From: Eledone cirrhosa
Taxonomy: Eukaryota
Assembly (NCBI GenBank): GCA_964016885.1
Contig: OZ024740.1
Coordinates: 95,170,001 to 95,234,000, forward strand
Direction of reading: 5' to 3'
Length of the DNA stretch: 64,000 bases
Part shown: positions 24,895-39,590 of the stretch, piece after piece
Numbering within the stretch: the first letter of the stretch is position 1
Layout: each line of letters opens with the position of its first letter
Notes under the pieces: generated by a model
Databases searched by the model: none
What the model saw: only the letters and a program-made list of their open reading frames with translations
What the model was told of the DNA's origin: nothing
Made by a program: the position numbers and the translations under genes

Positions 24895-26960
24895 ATCACA
24901 TGTATATTAATTTAACAATCATGGGGGAAATACATACTGAGATCATAAAAGAGTAAATAAAAGAAATAGAGCATTTATATGTCGTAATCCATATGGTGAG
25001 CAAATGGGGTCCCACGTGTTGGCTTCCCCACAGCCCAAGCGGACAGAATGGATAAGGTGTTTCCCGGGGGGATGGTAAGGTAGATGTGCTGGAAAAGCAA
25101 TGCAACTCACGAGGCTCAGACCTGCGGCTGGTCAGCTGAGCACCTATGTTGGTGAATAGGGAACTAGCCCTAAGGACAAGGAGACAAGAAGTCTCCACTG
25201 CCAAGGGCAGGACCGCCAAATTGTCAGAGAGCGACCGGTTCTCTGAGAGTTTGGCCTCCTCAGCCCAACGTGCGGCAGTACCTGGGTTAGCCGCAGACTG
25301 CACCAGGTTGCGGTTGGAGAAAGTGTCGCTGCATGTGGCATTCCAGACGAAGGGTTTAACAGCGTGAAACGGGAAGATGGTCATACTATCTGGCCTTTTG
25401 GTCCAGCCATACCGGCTCGAGCTGGGAGGGGAAGCCTGCAGCGTCAAAGCCATGCTTCATGACCTCGTTGAGGGCAGTATGGCGTGGAAGGCGGCCGGCA
25501 CTGTGACGACGGGAAAGCAGGTGGAGGCCAAAAGTGTCCACAGTGGTCCACAGCGACATGTATGTGCCTCGCAGATCCTGGTTCCATGCCACAAATAAAC
25601 ACTGGTGCTCAGGCTATCCTTATCCAGCTGCGTTCCAGTGGAGAAGGCATGGAGCCAACCACCACTGTGGGGTTTGGGGGCCGCGCGAAAACAGGCGAAA
25701 TTGTGCTGGTCGAGCTGGAGCGTGAACTTGTCAGAGGCCAGGCAGCATTAGATGGCATCCCGAATGCTTTGATGCGACTTGATGTTAGCGGGGGGAAAAG
25801 GAATAAGGACGACTACTGAGCTAAGTCCCAGCCGGTCCCATGTCTCACAGGCAGCCTGACGTTTCCTGATCACAGAGAGTTCCATTGTGTTTAGGAGAAC
25901 CCTGTTGACGAGGACGCGGCATGATGTTACCGATGAAAGTAACGCCGGAAAAGCCAGCGAGATCGAGAACGGACCCCAAATAGGCCATATCTGACAGGTA
26001 AAGGGGCTTGTTGCCATCCAATGTCATCAAACCTGACGCTGCACATCTCCTCGCCTGCCGCTCGGATACATTATCGAGGTCAGCAGAGTGAGATGCGTGG
26101 CTGTAGCACGAAGCGCTGCGAAAGGCATAGAGGAGCTTCGACATGTCGAAGCAGTTTCTCAACGGAAAGAGAGCTGGGTGGCCGTCGATCAAGCACAGTC
26201 GGCTCATGAGTGTATGGAGTTGTTGGAGCCTAGACCTGATGGTGGGGCGGATGGCTGCTGGGTGGATCGGTGACCCGAGTATGAGGACATCCTGTTTGGG
26301 GTCAACTGTACCTGGAGGAGAATGGACCGCACGTCCGAAACTGAGGCTGGGAAGCTCTCAGCATCATGGCAGATATTCACCACCTCCAACTTGGACGAGT
26401 TGACATGCAGGCCTATTCCCACCAGGGCATGAACCACCGATTGAAGGGTATGGCAGACAGCCTCCATGGGCCCGCCCAGTGTAGCATCCTACTGGTACCA
26501 AACGTTGAGAGGGGCCGTGATACTCCAGGAAATGTGGTATATACCAAGGGCAAAGAGTAGGGGAGCCCAAAGGGTGGCTGTGTTGGACCCTGTTGGCCGA
26601 AGTTATGACCGTATCAGCGGCAAGGAGCATACTCGTGGCTCCATATGACAGGTAGGCCAGTGGGTAGGTGGGATAGGTGGCGGCGGTCGGATGAGGCAGG
26701 TATCGAGCAGATTGTCCGGGCTTATGCAGTTAACGGCATTCCTCATGTCAAGCTTGACAATGAGGTGCCAGTCCCTGGACCTCGGTTCCGGTGGGCAGCT
26801 GTTGAAGAACTGCCTGGTTGCATGTGTGGCCACCGGACACGCCGACACCCAGTTGCACCGGACTGAACCCCACACCCAGTTCAGGTGTTATGGACCTGCA
26901 GACACACCTTAGCAGCCAACCTCCGGAAGACAATGCCCACAGCGATGGGGCGTACATATT
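24895..26960 (-). mobile_element. Decayed CRE-like non-LTR retrotransposon (RT plus restriction-like endonuclease)
   Basis: GC-rich block. KLDMRNAVN, VQHSHPLG (from QQGDPLG), KRPD..P..KPFVW.ATC.DT, AA..AE..K, PLAVET. Many frameshifts. Confidence 0.8.
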
Positions 26961-27283
26961 TTTAAATACACACAATAAATACGAACACTATTGTAGCTAT
27001 ACCAAGTTTGAATATTACATTTTTGAGACAATTAACAGTAACTGTTTCAACTTATAAAAATTATCCAGCTGAAATATCTTTGCTACTGTTCATTAAATGT
27101 ATATATACAAATATTATCAACATGTAGTTCCTTCATTTAATATATATCTTTCTATCTGCAGGGTAAAATTATATGAATGGTACAATCAAATAATGTTTAT
27201 CCTAGGTAAAATCGTTATATCATTGCTTGTATAACATGTTTTTTTTCCTGAGCCCTCAAAGAACCTTTTTACTTGTCCCCACG

Positions 27284-27366
27284 GAAGAAGAAGAAGAAGA
27301 AGAAGAAGAAGAAGAAGAAGAAGAAGAAGAAGAAGAAGAAGAAGAAGAAGAAGAAGAAGAAGAAGA
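27284..27366. repeat. (GAA)n microsatellite
   Basis: Direct reading. Confidence 0.97.
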
Positions 27367-30300
27367 AATTTACTTTTTCTTAAATGTGAAAGGTCAATTT
27401 TAGTTGTCTTTGCATCGTTATGGAATATATTTTGCGTTGGACACACAGTGACACGGACCATAATGAAAGATGAACAACCGTGACTATAAACGTAAACATA
27501 TATAGCTAAGAACTGAGGTCAGTTTTAGAATAATTCTGCATCAATGAAGTCTTGTGTAATTAAGGAAATATGAGACTTTCCTGTAAAATAAGCCTATGCA
27601 CAGCATTTTCAGACAAAACAATATTATTTTTGTTGATGAAGGGAATTACAAGTTATAAAAAGCTGCAGCAAGTGATGAAAATCTCTTGGTAATTAAGGTT
27701 TTGTAAACAAATACCTTGACTATGATGTTGGTAATGATGTTAGTGGCGATATAAATGATATTTCACATGTAAATCATGTACATGATTTATTTTATGAATC
27801 AGGTGGACCAAGTTCTATTGTCAAAGATAAAAGGATTTGTAGCAAAAGAACATAACAATGGGTTTCCCATTTTTCCAACGATGAATGATCAATGTTTTCA
27901 ATCAGAACTGCCTTCCACGTGCAATTAACGTGCATGTGCGTGATCATTTCACAGACACGTCAGATATTAGTCCAGATACAGTATATCATACTAGATTCTA
28001 ATGAGTTTCCGATAAATAAACTCTACTTACAAGAGTTCGGTTAATTAGTGTGTGTAATAAATGACATGTTGATTCTTATGACTCAGAAGAATATTTTTTA
28101 ACGATTTGTCTATGCTGTGTCTAAGAAAGATGGGTTTTTACTGAAGAGATTTTGTGTTGCATAATATTTAATGAATGTAAATAATTGAGCTATATAACAT
28201 TGAAGACGATTGATATTTGCATTCGAATATATTACTTTTTGTTTTCATAAAGTTAATTTGCTTTGTACACTTAATAATTTGAAGTTTACGTCCCATTACT
28301 TACATATAGATGGCATATGAATTACACATAGATGAAATAAGGAAGGTAATTATTGCACCACAGTAAATATGTGCGTGGTTTTGATAGGTTTCACATTTAT
28401 ACTGAAAGTTAAACGTTGACCTACATATCTCAACCTATTTTATGAAGAACACCATGTTTTCTTAATTTGCTTATTATTAGAAGACCAAGAAAAGTATTTA
28501 GCTCTAAAGATTTAAAATATATGTTCTCAACAATAATATAAAATCAAATATAAATTCATAAGAATATCAGAAAACAAAATTCCACATTCGAATGAAATAT
28601 ATATTTAAAGACAGATGTGTATATTTTCAATAATTCGATTTCATTATAGACACAGTAACACACCTTATAAAATAATATCAGAGGAAGTAATTTGAATAGC
28701 AACATTTGGATTTGATTAAGTTACGGATTATATGGTGTTGGTTTATATTATATCATGTGTTATTGTGATTTCATCAGAAATGAAATATATGAATAGTGAC
28801 ATAATTTCTATTGTTTTCATTAAAGATGATATACCTTAAAGGTTCAAGAACGATTTTCTCTTTTTCTGTGCTCTGTAAACATTAAATACATATAGTTTAA
28901 TTTCATATTTTGAAGGAATTATTGTTTAGCCTTACATTCTTTAGAAGAAAGTAAATGTCATCGAAATATTAATATAATCATTTAAACATATACTGTTAGA
29001 AAAAACCCTTCACCTAATTTTGTAACTTTAGAAAGAATTACTGTATTTATGTTATGAATATATGTTGTACTTATTGGTTCTATTATTGCTGTTTAAAACC
29101 CCTTGATATATGATTCCATTATGTAGAGGTTATATACACAATCTCGAGTTATATATGACAATTCAAATAGAACACTGACTTAGATAATAGATAAATCAAC
29201 ATTTAACTGTTCAACAACTGCAATATATATCTCCAGAAGAACATATGCATATATCGTACGCAGAAAATTATAATTCACTATTTTAAATTTTAATAATCAC
29301 ATAAAAAGGAAATATTGCGATATGCTGGTGCTGACAAAACTAATCGAGAATGTTGAATAACATTAATATTCTAGGTTAATATATTATGTTATAATTTATA
29401 ACAATTCAATAGTTAATCGAGGTATATCTACATATATTTTGTTAGATTCGCTGAAGTATGACTTGTAGATTTACTAAGGATTCATATTTCATCTCTTTTT
29501 TATTGTCTTAATGCATGACAATTACAAAGCTATTTTTCTCTAGAGAATATGCTGGCATATTACAGCTAATCCTCTCCTCCAAATTATACGACATGCGTCA
29601 TATAGGCTATCGTTTTCGTGTTAGGCTATCGTTTTCGTAAATTAAAATTGATTCTGTTCAGAAGTTCTAATAGGCACAAGGCAGACAAAATATATTTCTA
29701 TGAAGACTTTTGAAACTGACACTCTAAAAATGCGTTCACTAGACAGAGATAACCTTTAGAGACGATGGGGTATACTCATATTTTATGTGCATTATTAGAA
29801 ACGGCATTATCTAATATGCTCATACGAATAATCTACATACTAACAAATATATATTTCTCTGGAGTCTTGGAAACATTTCAAAGATATCCACTCAGTCACA
29901 GTAAAATAAATAGAGGGAAGTCTGTTCCTGAACAGTGAAGCAGTAGAAAGTAATGGCTATATTACACTAATGATGCAATATAGTGTGTGATCATATTGGT
30001 GGGTATTTTGTGCATACCGTATACACATGAGTTTCCGCTTTTCTTGAGTTGCTTTACTTGACAAGAGATATATAATGGACACGTGAATGTTCGTGTGAAT
30101 AAGTGAATGTAAGAAATGAAGTTGATATAATCGAGGGGATTATTTGAAGATGATAACAGTCTATAGGCATAGACATTCGTTAGAAACATAATTTTCTGTG
30201 ATTTATCTCACTGAACAACATTTGGATTTCTGAACCGCGAAGACGAGTGGAGAGGATAGACATTTGAAAGGTTGCTAGTGGTACACTGCACTCTAGTATT

Positions 30301-30578
30301 TGGTGCTTATGTTGATATAGCAGTAACTACTCTATAATAGAGTGTTTTCACGCAAGATATGTACCTTGATGATGCGACTGGATTTTGTATTTGAAATCTA
30401 GAAAATAATTAGACCACCCGTAAATCGTTGGGTCACGTACTCTTCAGATATTTTTTTAAAGAACATGTTCACTTAAAAATAAGTTATAATAAATAAAATA
30501 TATACAGACATGTATGTAATGTGAAATGAAACTGGAAGGCCCATATATATACGTGTGTGTATGTAATGTGTATGAATA

Positions 30579-31173
30579 TCTAAAAGCTGAAGGTCGTATG
30601 TATGTATCTATATATGTAACAAACTTTTGTCCAAACGGTTGGACGAAACGGCACTAATTTTGCACCATAGATGTACTATTTAGCAAGGAAGAACATGAGG
30701 GTATTTTATTCGAGCTTCGACGTCCAAAATACGAGAAACGACTCGATTTATGAATAGACCACGGCAATAGAGTATATTCGAAACGGGAAGCAATTAGAAT
30801 AGCGAAGTTGCTCCCCTGCATTGTTTGAATTTCAGAGGTTCTGATTGTGCAAAAAAAAAAAGGATAAATAAAATCTAAATTTATTTGTTTGATTTATTTT
30901 TGGGGGACATGCTCTTTTCACTCACAACATATCTAATGATTCTTCCAATTAAAAAGCATTATATATGCTTACTGTAATAGGGAGCAGTATTAAAAAAATA
31001 AAAATAATCACTAGACAAAACTAATAATATTTGTAACTACATGATTTGCTTTAAACAAAGCTATAAAAGATTCTGCTAAATTCCTACTTTAGTTAAAATT
31101 CAGCAATTACAATTCAATGGTCAAATATTGAAACATTAATAAATTATCCGGGAATTACCGGGTGGCTCAGCTA

Positions 31174-31174
<1 letters not shown>
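30579..31174 (+). mobile_element. Non-autonomous Helitron-like element
   Basis: 5' TC followed by (GTAT)n. 3' hairpin ccggg..ccggg then CTAG at 31171-31174. Confidence 0.55.
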
Positions 31175-31234
<60 letters not shown>

Positions 31235-31245
<11 letters not shown>

Positions 31246-32398
31246 AATTAAATATGTGTGTGTGTGTGTGTGTCTGTGTATTACCTATAGATGCCTACAT
31301 CTTACGACCGATTTTCATGAAACTTTACAGGCTCTTAGATTACTCATCGAGGAGTGTTTTCGATATATCAGCGTATCGATCTTTTATTCTGGGGTAATTC
31401 TGCAAGTTAAAATCTATAGGGGTTCACCTTTTTTTAGGTGTAGAAAAATAAGATTTTTGGCTCTAGCACCGACATTTTGCCACCGATTTCGTTCAAATTT
31501 CAAAGAAAAATAAATAGAATCTATCATTGCACATCGTGTAAATGCTTTATATTTTGCATTTGTTGTTCAGGGACGGCGTAGCACGCAGCCGCTTAAATAT
31601 TCAAAAATAACATTTTTTTACTCAAATTTCCACTTTTTCGGGTCTAACTCCGAAATTAATCAACCTACTTTGTTCAAATGTTACACTACACTACATATGA
31701 TTAATTTCACGTCGTAAAGTGGCTTTACATTTTGTATATTTTGTTCTGGAACGGCGTGGCAGCCGCTTAAGTATTCGAAAATACCACCTTTTCTCTAATA
31801 TTTCCGTCTTTTCGGCTCTAGCTCCCACATTTTTCAACCGATTTCTTTCACAGATAAATCAATTTATTTGCTTAAACCTTTATACTACGATAGAACCTAT
31901 TATTGCACATGTTATAGTAGCTTTACACTTTACATTTTTTGTTCAGGGACGGCGACCTATCATTAGCTCCCACATTTTTCAATCGATTTCTTTCAAATTC
32001 GAAACCTCGGCTCCTCCTAACACGTAAATCAATGTATTTGGTTCGACTTTTATACTAATATAGAACCTATCATTGCACATCTTATAGTTGGTGAAAGGCA
32101 AAACGATAGCCACTGACGTCGTCTGAACTTTTAGTTGTGTATTTGAGAATTCATCGATTTCCAATCAAGTAGCGTGAGGAAATTTGGCTTAGTGTTCGAG
32201 GTCATTACCTCCCTCCCCCAGCACGCCCCTTCGTCAGTCACGCACGTTTCACAGTGAGAGAGGTCATCACCATGCTCCACCACATGGCCTGTGTGTGGCC
32301 ATATATGAGTCATCGAGAAACAGACGCTAAGATCAACATCTTTTCATCAAAGTCAGTATTATTTTACCTACCCAGGCAACGCTGGGTACTGCTGCTAG
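31235..32398 (+). mobile_element. Non-autonomous Helitron-like element
   Basis: 5' (GT)n and accgattttcatgaaact, internal ~170-bp imperfect repeats, 3' hairpin acccag..ctgggt plus CTAG|T at 32395-32398. Confidence 0.7.
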
Positions 32399-33477
32399 TA
32401 TATATATATATACATATATATATATGTAAGTGTGTGTGTATATGTATTTATATATGTAGGTGACTGTGACCTATATACAATGGTCATAGACATACGCACA
32501 CATATACACACACGTTCATATATATGTATACATCAACGCCACAAGCTGTCTCTCTCTCACTCCCTCTTTCCCTTCCATTCTCCTTCTCTCTCCCTCTCTA
32601 TGTTTCTCTCTCAATCTACTATCTCACAACCACTACCCCTTTATATCTATCCTTCTCTCTCTTTCTGTCGATGAAGGTACCCAGAAAACCCCATATCTCT
32701 GGAACCCGTGTTTAGATTTACGGGAAACTTGTTCTATTCAATGTGTATATCCATTTTAGGGGCAACTTTGCTTCAAAGCATTTGCCCATTATGCGCACTT
32801 TTGGCTGTATTACATTATACACAAGCAAGCAAGCAAGCAACCAATCACAGGCTTTTCGTAATATAGAGATTGACGGAATGATAAATTACAAGTAAAGCAG
32901 AATCCTTTATTTTTCGTAACGATCAAACTATCACATTACAGCGAGTGTGTATTGAAACAGTATGAGAGAGTATTGGTTAAATGATCGTTAGACGTATTAT
33001 ATTAACCCAATGAGTACCAAGCGTATAATATGAACTTTCATATAATTCAATCTTTTATAAAACGTTTCATACACAGAGTTTCTTACTGAAAGAATACATA
33101 AAGAATTATGATCGTTGCTATCTCGGTACTAACTTGGATACTTTCAAAAGTATTTGTAATTTTTAACTAAGAATGTTTGCAATAAACAAAGAGAATTCCT
33201 CACATGGGATACACAAAATAATGTATTGATCAGAGAAAAACGGGGCTCAAATCAATAGATGTAAGCATTTGTAACCTATCGATCCTAACAGTATGACTGT
33301 AGTTAGCAACTGTCTACATTTGTATTGTGTTCACAGAGATACTTCTTACTAAACCTTTGTTAATAAGTGCTTAAATATATCACATAAATGAATTACCAAA
33401 TCTTCCATTCGAGGAATAAATACCAGTCGCGTTAAAAATGTGTTCAATTTGGAAATGATTATACCCAAATTTAACAA

Positions 33478-33559
<82 letters not shown>

Positions 33560-33560
<1 letters not shown>

Positions 33561-36545
33561 TGCGAGGTTTTTTATATGAAATCGTGTGTCGAATCAAATA
33601 TTGTTATACATGGGGAGGGTCATATTTGTGTAATATTACCAGAATTAATAACAGAACACACTCACTGTTTGGTTGGTTTTCGCTTCTCGCTTCTGTGTCT
33701 TTTATATCGGTAATCTAACTTACTCTGTCCTCAATGTTGCCATTGACTGACCGTCGGTCAAAAATAATACAGATACAATATAGACACAAACACATATATA
33801 TAGTTTATCATAAATCTTTCGTTGCACTTCTGCAACATCGTCAGTGGTGCTATCTTTTCCTCCTGTTGTATTGTATGTCTACGGCTTTTTTTATTCAGTC
33901 TGTCTATATATTTATTTATTTATTTGCTTGTTTGTTTATTTTATTTTTTCTTCTTTACGCATGCGTGTGTGTGTATAGTGTTTTGTTTGCTGTGTGATGG
34001 GTGACTAGTGTGTGTTTATGTGCTTGTTGTTATTGTGCTTGTGTATGTATTTATTTATTTATTTATTTATTTTATTTTATTTACTTATTTATACTTCTCT
34101 TAGGTCACTGTTGTTTGTTTGGGTGTTGTTGTTATTCCATTCATTCTTTCTGTTTAGTCTTGGTCTTCTAATTTCTATTTCACTCGCGTCACTGATTTGC
34201 CTATCTGCTGGGTCATTTCTATGTTTAGATATTATTCTAATTTCTCTGTTGTCTATGTTACCGTTATGTTGTTGTCTAGCATGTTCGTATAGTACTGACC
34301 CGTTTTTTCGTCCTTTTAGCCCCCCCCCCCCCGTGTTGGTCTATCCTTTCACCTATGCTACGAGCTGTCTCACCTATGTATGTTGTTATCATGTTTCTGC
34401 AAGTACCCTCTGTACATCTTATGCTATAGACAACGTTTCTAGTTTTACAGTTTATCCAGGGGCTTACCTTACATATGATACATGTCCTGTTGGTACAGTG
34501 GGTTTTCTTAAAGGGTAGGTTTGCTGATCAGGGATTTCTATGGTGGTACCTGGCTTTTCTACTACCTTAATTTTTAAGTGGGTCTTTCTCAGGGCCTTTC
34601 TTCACTGGTTAGCTAATTTCCCTCCAGGGGTAGCGTCCACAATCATGACGCTCTGGTATCTCTCGTTGTCGTACCATGATGTGGCTTTCCCTATCTTATT
34701 TCTAGCCCTATCTAAGCTATTCCATTATTTGCTCCTGTATAATGGGCAAATTCCTTTCATGTCCAGTTATATGAGGGTCTTATACTTCTCCATCGTTCCT
34801 TCGTATATTCTGACTCTGTCTCTTTGGTTGTAGCCAGAGAACTGCATGCGGTTGATGAAGTGTTGGATGTGTCTTTCCATTTCTGTTGGGTCGCACATGC
34901 GGGACACATTCTTCATCACTCGTACCAAATCTGCGATCAGAATATTACATTTAGCACTACTGGACATTGCTGAGTTTTTGAGTATCAGGTATTTGGAGGC
35001 CATGGGTTTAGCATAGTATGAGTGGAGAATTTGGGCTCTCTCGTCTATAGTGTTAATCCAGAGTTCTGTGTCTAATACAAGTAGTCTATTGTTAGGGTGT
35101 TTGGAAGGGAAGTCGATAGTTACAGTTATACTCTGGTGTATGGAATTAGCTATCTTTTGGATGCTTTCCATCTAAATCCAACGTCTTAGTGCTCTCTAGT
35201 GGGGATGTTCTTATAACTATATTGATGTCGTCTACATAACGAGAGTACATGATGAGGTCTATGGAACTCTCATTAAGGAGATCTTTAAGTCTCCTTTCCC
35301 ACCATACCATGAAAAGTTTGGCAACATCACCAGCTATGCTGACGCCAATGGCTGCTCCCTCATTTTGGGTGTAGATCTTCTCGTTGAACTTAAATATGTG
35401 GCCCTTTAGGGTAGTTTTGATACTAGCCCCTATTGCATGTGCGGCCATTTTTCTTCCCTGATCATTGTTTTGGGGGTCCGTATAGCTTTGGTCCACCCAA
35501 TCCACCTTCCCATGGGAGTCTTTTTAGCCATTGAGGTTATGGTGATGGGTCTACCTCTTATAGGTCTACTAGGGTAGAAACGTCTAAGGTCATGGCTGTC
35601 TAGGTAGTCAGTGTTGTAGCTAATTCTAAGTAGGAGGCCCAGTTCGTCTGTGTCGACGTCGCAGAACTCCACCTCACTCTCAATGATCATCTCCACACAT
35701 CTTTTCACAGCAAAATCAATGTTAATGGATGGGTATAGTGACACCACATCCATGCTGCCTATTATGCAGTTGGATAGGTTCCTGTTTTTGTTGCACTCAC
35801 TGATTCTGCTGAGGAGGTCCTCTGTAGTGTCACATACATCTGGGGACATCTTGATTATGTGGCGTATAACTATTGAGAGGAAGTAGGAGATCCTGTAGTT
35901 ACTAGCTATATTAGCTCCGCACACGGGTCTTGTTGGTGGTTATGTTGTCGGATCGTCGACTGTCTTGTGGTCTTTGCGGAGCCCATACAAGTGTGGTATG
36001 CCATTGTTAGACGCCTGGAAGTTGTTGGCAGTGCGTCTGCTTGGCTTTAGGATGTCAGTCCACATCATCATGTGAGCGTTGAGGATTTTCTCTCTCCCAT
36101 CGTGTGTTTGTTGTGCAAATATCGCTCGTGTTGGTGATGTGGGGTTGCATAGCATTGATGTAGTTCGGCATGCTATCTAGTGACATCCTACCAGACCTAT
36201 CCATGGGTAGACATACTACCTCACCATCCCTTGTGCGCTGCTTGAGGCTAACTAAGCCTTCTACAGGTCTCCTCCCAAGTTGTTGGGCCTCTCGTCTGCT
36301 CTGTCTCTTAGTATATATGTCTACTAGTTGTCTAATCTTATTTCTAGCTATGGTGAACTGTGCCTCTGTCTCGTCATCTATTTGTTGTGGTATGCAAACT
36401 CTTTTATTAAGGGGTAACCTCGTAGGATAGATATTACCCATCTTATATGGTTTGTAGGCTGGGTTGAAAAATAGTTTCTCTAAGGGGTTGTCATTATATC
36501 TATCGTCATAGTTGTGTGTGTTGCTATTATTGTTACCATGGTGGT
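33560..36545 (-). mobile_element. Near full-length decayed PLE (RT, Cys-linker, GIY-YIG, pLTR)
   Basis: [51 protein letters not shown], and a GIY-YIG matching 18527-19185. Several frameshifts. (TA)n at both ends. Confidence 0.93.
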
Positions 36546-36551
36546 TGTTGT

Positions 36552-36602
<51 letters not shown>

Positions 36603-36620
36603 CGATATATATATATATAA

Positions 36621-36666
<46 letters not shown>

Positions 36667-36720
36667 CGATATATATATATATATATTTATATATAACGAT
36701 ATATATATATATATGTATAA

Positions 36721-36760
<40 letters not shown>

Positions 36761-37258
36761 TTATATATATATATATATACACCTATATATTGTGTAAAGT
36801 GCTCAAGTTTCAGCAACTATTGACTCACACATTTTAGCGCTCAACTCCAATATCTTTCAGGCGGCAGATGTACTTACTCTACGTATGCTATTTCTCAGAA
36901 GTATGTATCATTAACACACACGACCTAAAACCACATTCCAATAATATAATTTCTCCTACACTCCTCCTGCTTCCACAGAACTTACACCTAGCTTACAATT
37001 ATCCATCCCTTTTGAACTCTTGAATAGTCAATTAACACAATCAGATATATACACACACAGACTGTTTTCCAAAAAACAACTTTATTTCGTGAAGAATCAC
37101 AATTACAGCTATCTTCACTTAGCACCATCTTTTGAGCAAGGAGGATGGAAGAAAGCTTACATTTGATTTTAATTTTAAATCCTTAGTTTTAACTCAGATT
37201 AATTCTTTTTAATTTTTCATTTCATTACTCAACATTTGATAAGATGAAGTTTAATAAT

Positions 37259-37645
37259 CGTTTCTACATTTGGCACAAGGCCAGCAATTACCCAGTACAT
37301 TACTGGTGCTTTATTGTATCGACCCCGTAAGGATGAGAGGCAAAGTTAACTTCGGCGCGATTTGAACTCAGTCTGTTAAGGGACGTAACTATGATGGAAA
37401 GCATGGCGTCCGACCTTCTACCGATACTGACATCCTCCACCTGATAAAGTTTAATAATTGTTTCTACGTTAGGCACAAGGCCAGCAATTATCCAGTGCAT
37501 TACTGGTACTTTATTTTATCGGCCCCGTAAGGACGAAAGGCAAAGTTAACCTTGGCGGGATTTGAAAACAGAATGGCAAGGGCTGTAAGTATATATGTCA
37601 AAGCATGACGTCCAACCCTCTACCAATACTGCCAATCCACCGCCC
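37259..37645 (-). mobile_element. Two tandem tRNA-derived SINE copies
   Basis: 37259-37441 and 37458-37645 match 23254-23436. Confidence 0.88.
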
Positions 37646-37889
37646 TTTTATGAAGTTTAATAATACATCGAAATCGGTAATACTTTATATACTTTATATA
37701 CATTATAAATCTTTTTTTCTTTTAAATATATTTTCTTAAATATATTTTCTCTTAAATATAATTTCCGTGCTATTTCCAACTTCACCTTTTCTCTCTCTCT
37801 GTATACATATATATAAGTAATTTGTAATTTACTTGACGCATTGTATATGGTGTACAGAATTCGAATTTGGAAAGCCACAACAATGAAAG

Positions 37890-39590
37890 TTAGGGCAGAA
37901 AAAAATTGAAAACCCTAAAAGGACCCAACAACTCACCCTGAAAACCTGCAGGAAAGGGACATCATCTGCTTACCCTACGACAAAGTGAAGGAATTATGTG
38001 TCATCTCCCAGGCCACCTATGATGATTTGGCCTTTGAACAACTGGGTGACGGCGGACTGTACACATAATTATCAGACATTACAGCACCCCGGATCGAAGA
38101 GCGTGTCGAAAACGTCTGATCTGACATCTGCAAAAGTAGACAACTCCCAAACAAATGCAAAAATATCTTCATCACCATAAATAGAAGACTGTCCACTTTC
38201 TACTACATCATGAAGACCCACAAAAATAATACTAGACTAGAAATTAAACCCATCGTCTCTAGTTTAGAAGGACTCCTATATAAAATTCACTGGATTCTCC
38301 CACAGATTATTCAGCCTATAATCTGCAGCTTTCCCTGTATTGTCAGTAGCTCCGATAAAGTTATACAAAATCTCCACCAACTCCAACCAGACCAACATAG
38401 CGCCTTCAACACCTGCCACTCTTTTGCATTCTACACCTGATATGTAGATAACATACTCATCCTTGCACCATTCCGTGAAGAAGCAGACCAAATATTCACT
38501 GCATTCTCCAGCATGGACGTTAATATAAGGTTCAGCATGGAATACCCCGATGACACTGGATCTCTCTCTCTCGCTCTGCTAGATTTCCAACTCTTGTGCC
38601 ATGTACTTATGCATAAGGAATGAACTGACAGGTATCTGGAATAAATGCATCACCACAAGAGATCGACCCACACACACCTCACACATCTTGAAAGTGCTTA
38701 TTAGAAATAAGAAACACCACATTCGAAGCACAAAATCCACCAACACCTGACTCCTGAAGCTCCTACATTTCAGTGATGATACAACTGCCATCCACAGGGC
38801 AATCCGAAAAGAAGGACTAGACTTACAACTAGCTCACTCAGAGCCCTCACCACGCGGACTACTAACAAGGAGAGAAACTAAGAACACAACATCTGCTGCA
38901 TGCTGGCCAACAGCCCCATCGATAACACGGACATATGCCCTCAAGCATATGTCGGATACAGAGTCCAGTGTGATGAATGCGACAACTTCTATACCGGTAA
39001 CACCTCCAGGCACTTATACATCAAGTTTAAAGAACACATTAACACTAACGCTTTCTCATTTAAAAAAACACTTATAGAAATGTAAAAACACATCCAAACA
39101 AATAACAGTTAACATTGAAAACGAACTAGAATAAAGAAACCACGGCAATCTCAGAATTAAAGAGGAACACACCACCAAATCAATAATAGACTATCATTAA
39201 GCGCACAATACCTAACGTAGCCACTGGAACCTACATAATAGAGCACAAACTCGCCCGCTTAGGTCCACATTATCCACAGTGAGAAATCATGTATATGCAT
39301 CCATGTGTTTACATATTTGCGTGCACGCTTACACAAACACAGGTATGCATACAGATGTGTGTCAAATCAGATTTAAAGGGAAACAACTATTTGCCCCCTT
39401 TGACCTGTCCAAACCTTAATTTTAACACAAAAGGGGTTAGATAAAAAATTAAAAGAACGCATACATAAATATTAAAACCACTTCCGGCAAGCATGGCCCA
39501 CATTGGACATTGAATTTGTTCTTTTCTTTTCTTCGGCTGAAGAAATATTTATCTCGCAATATCAGGACATATGAAAAAATTATATTTTTT
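37890..39590 (+). mobile_element. Old Penelope/Poseidon-like PLE with internal deletions
   Basis: IICLPYDK, KTHK..IKPIVS, YRVQCDECDNFYTGNTSRHL..KEH. Similar to 10616-11760. HHR remnant at ~39537-39567. Confidence 0.8.
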
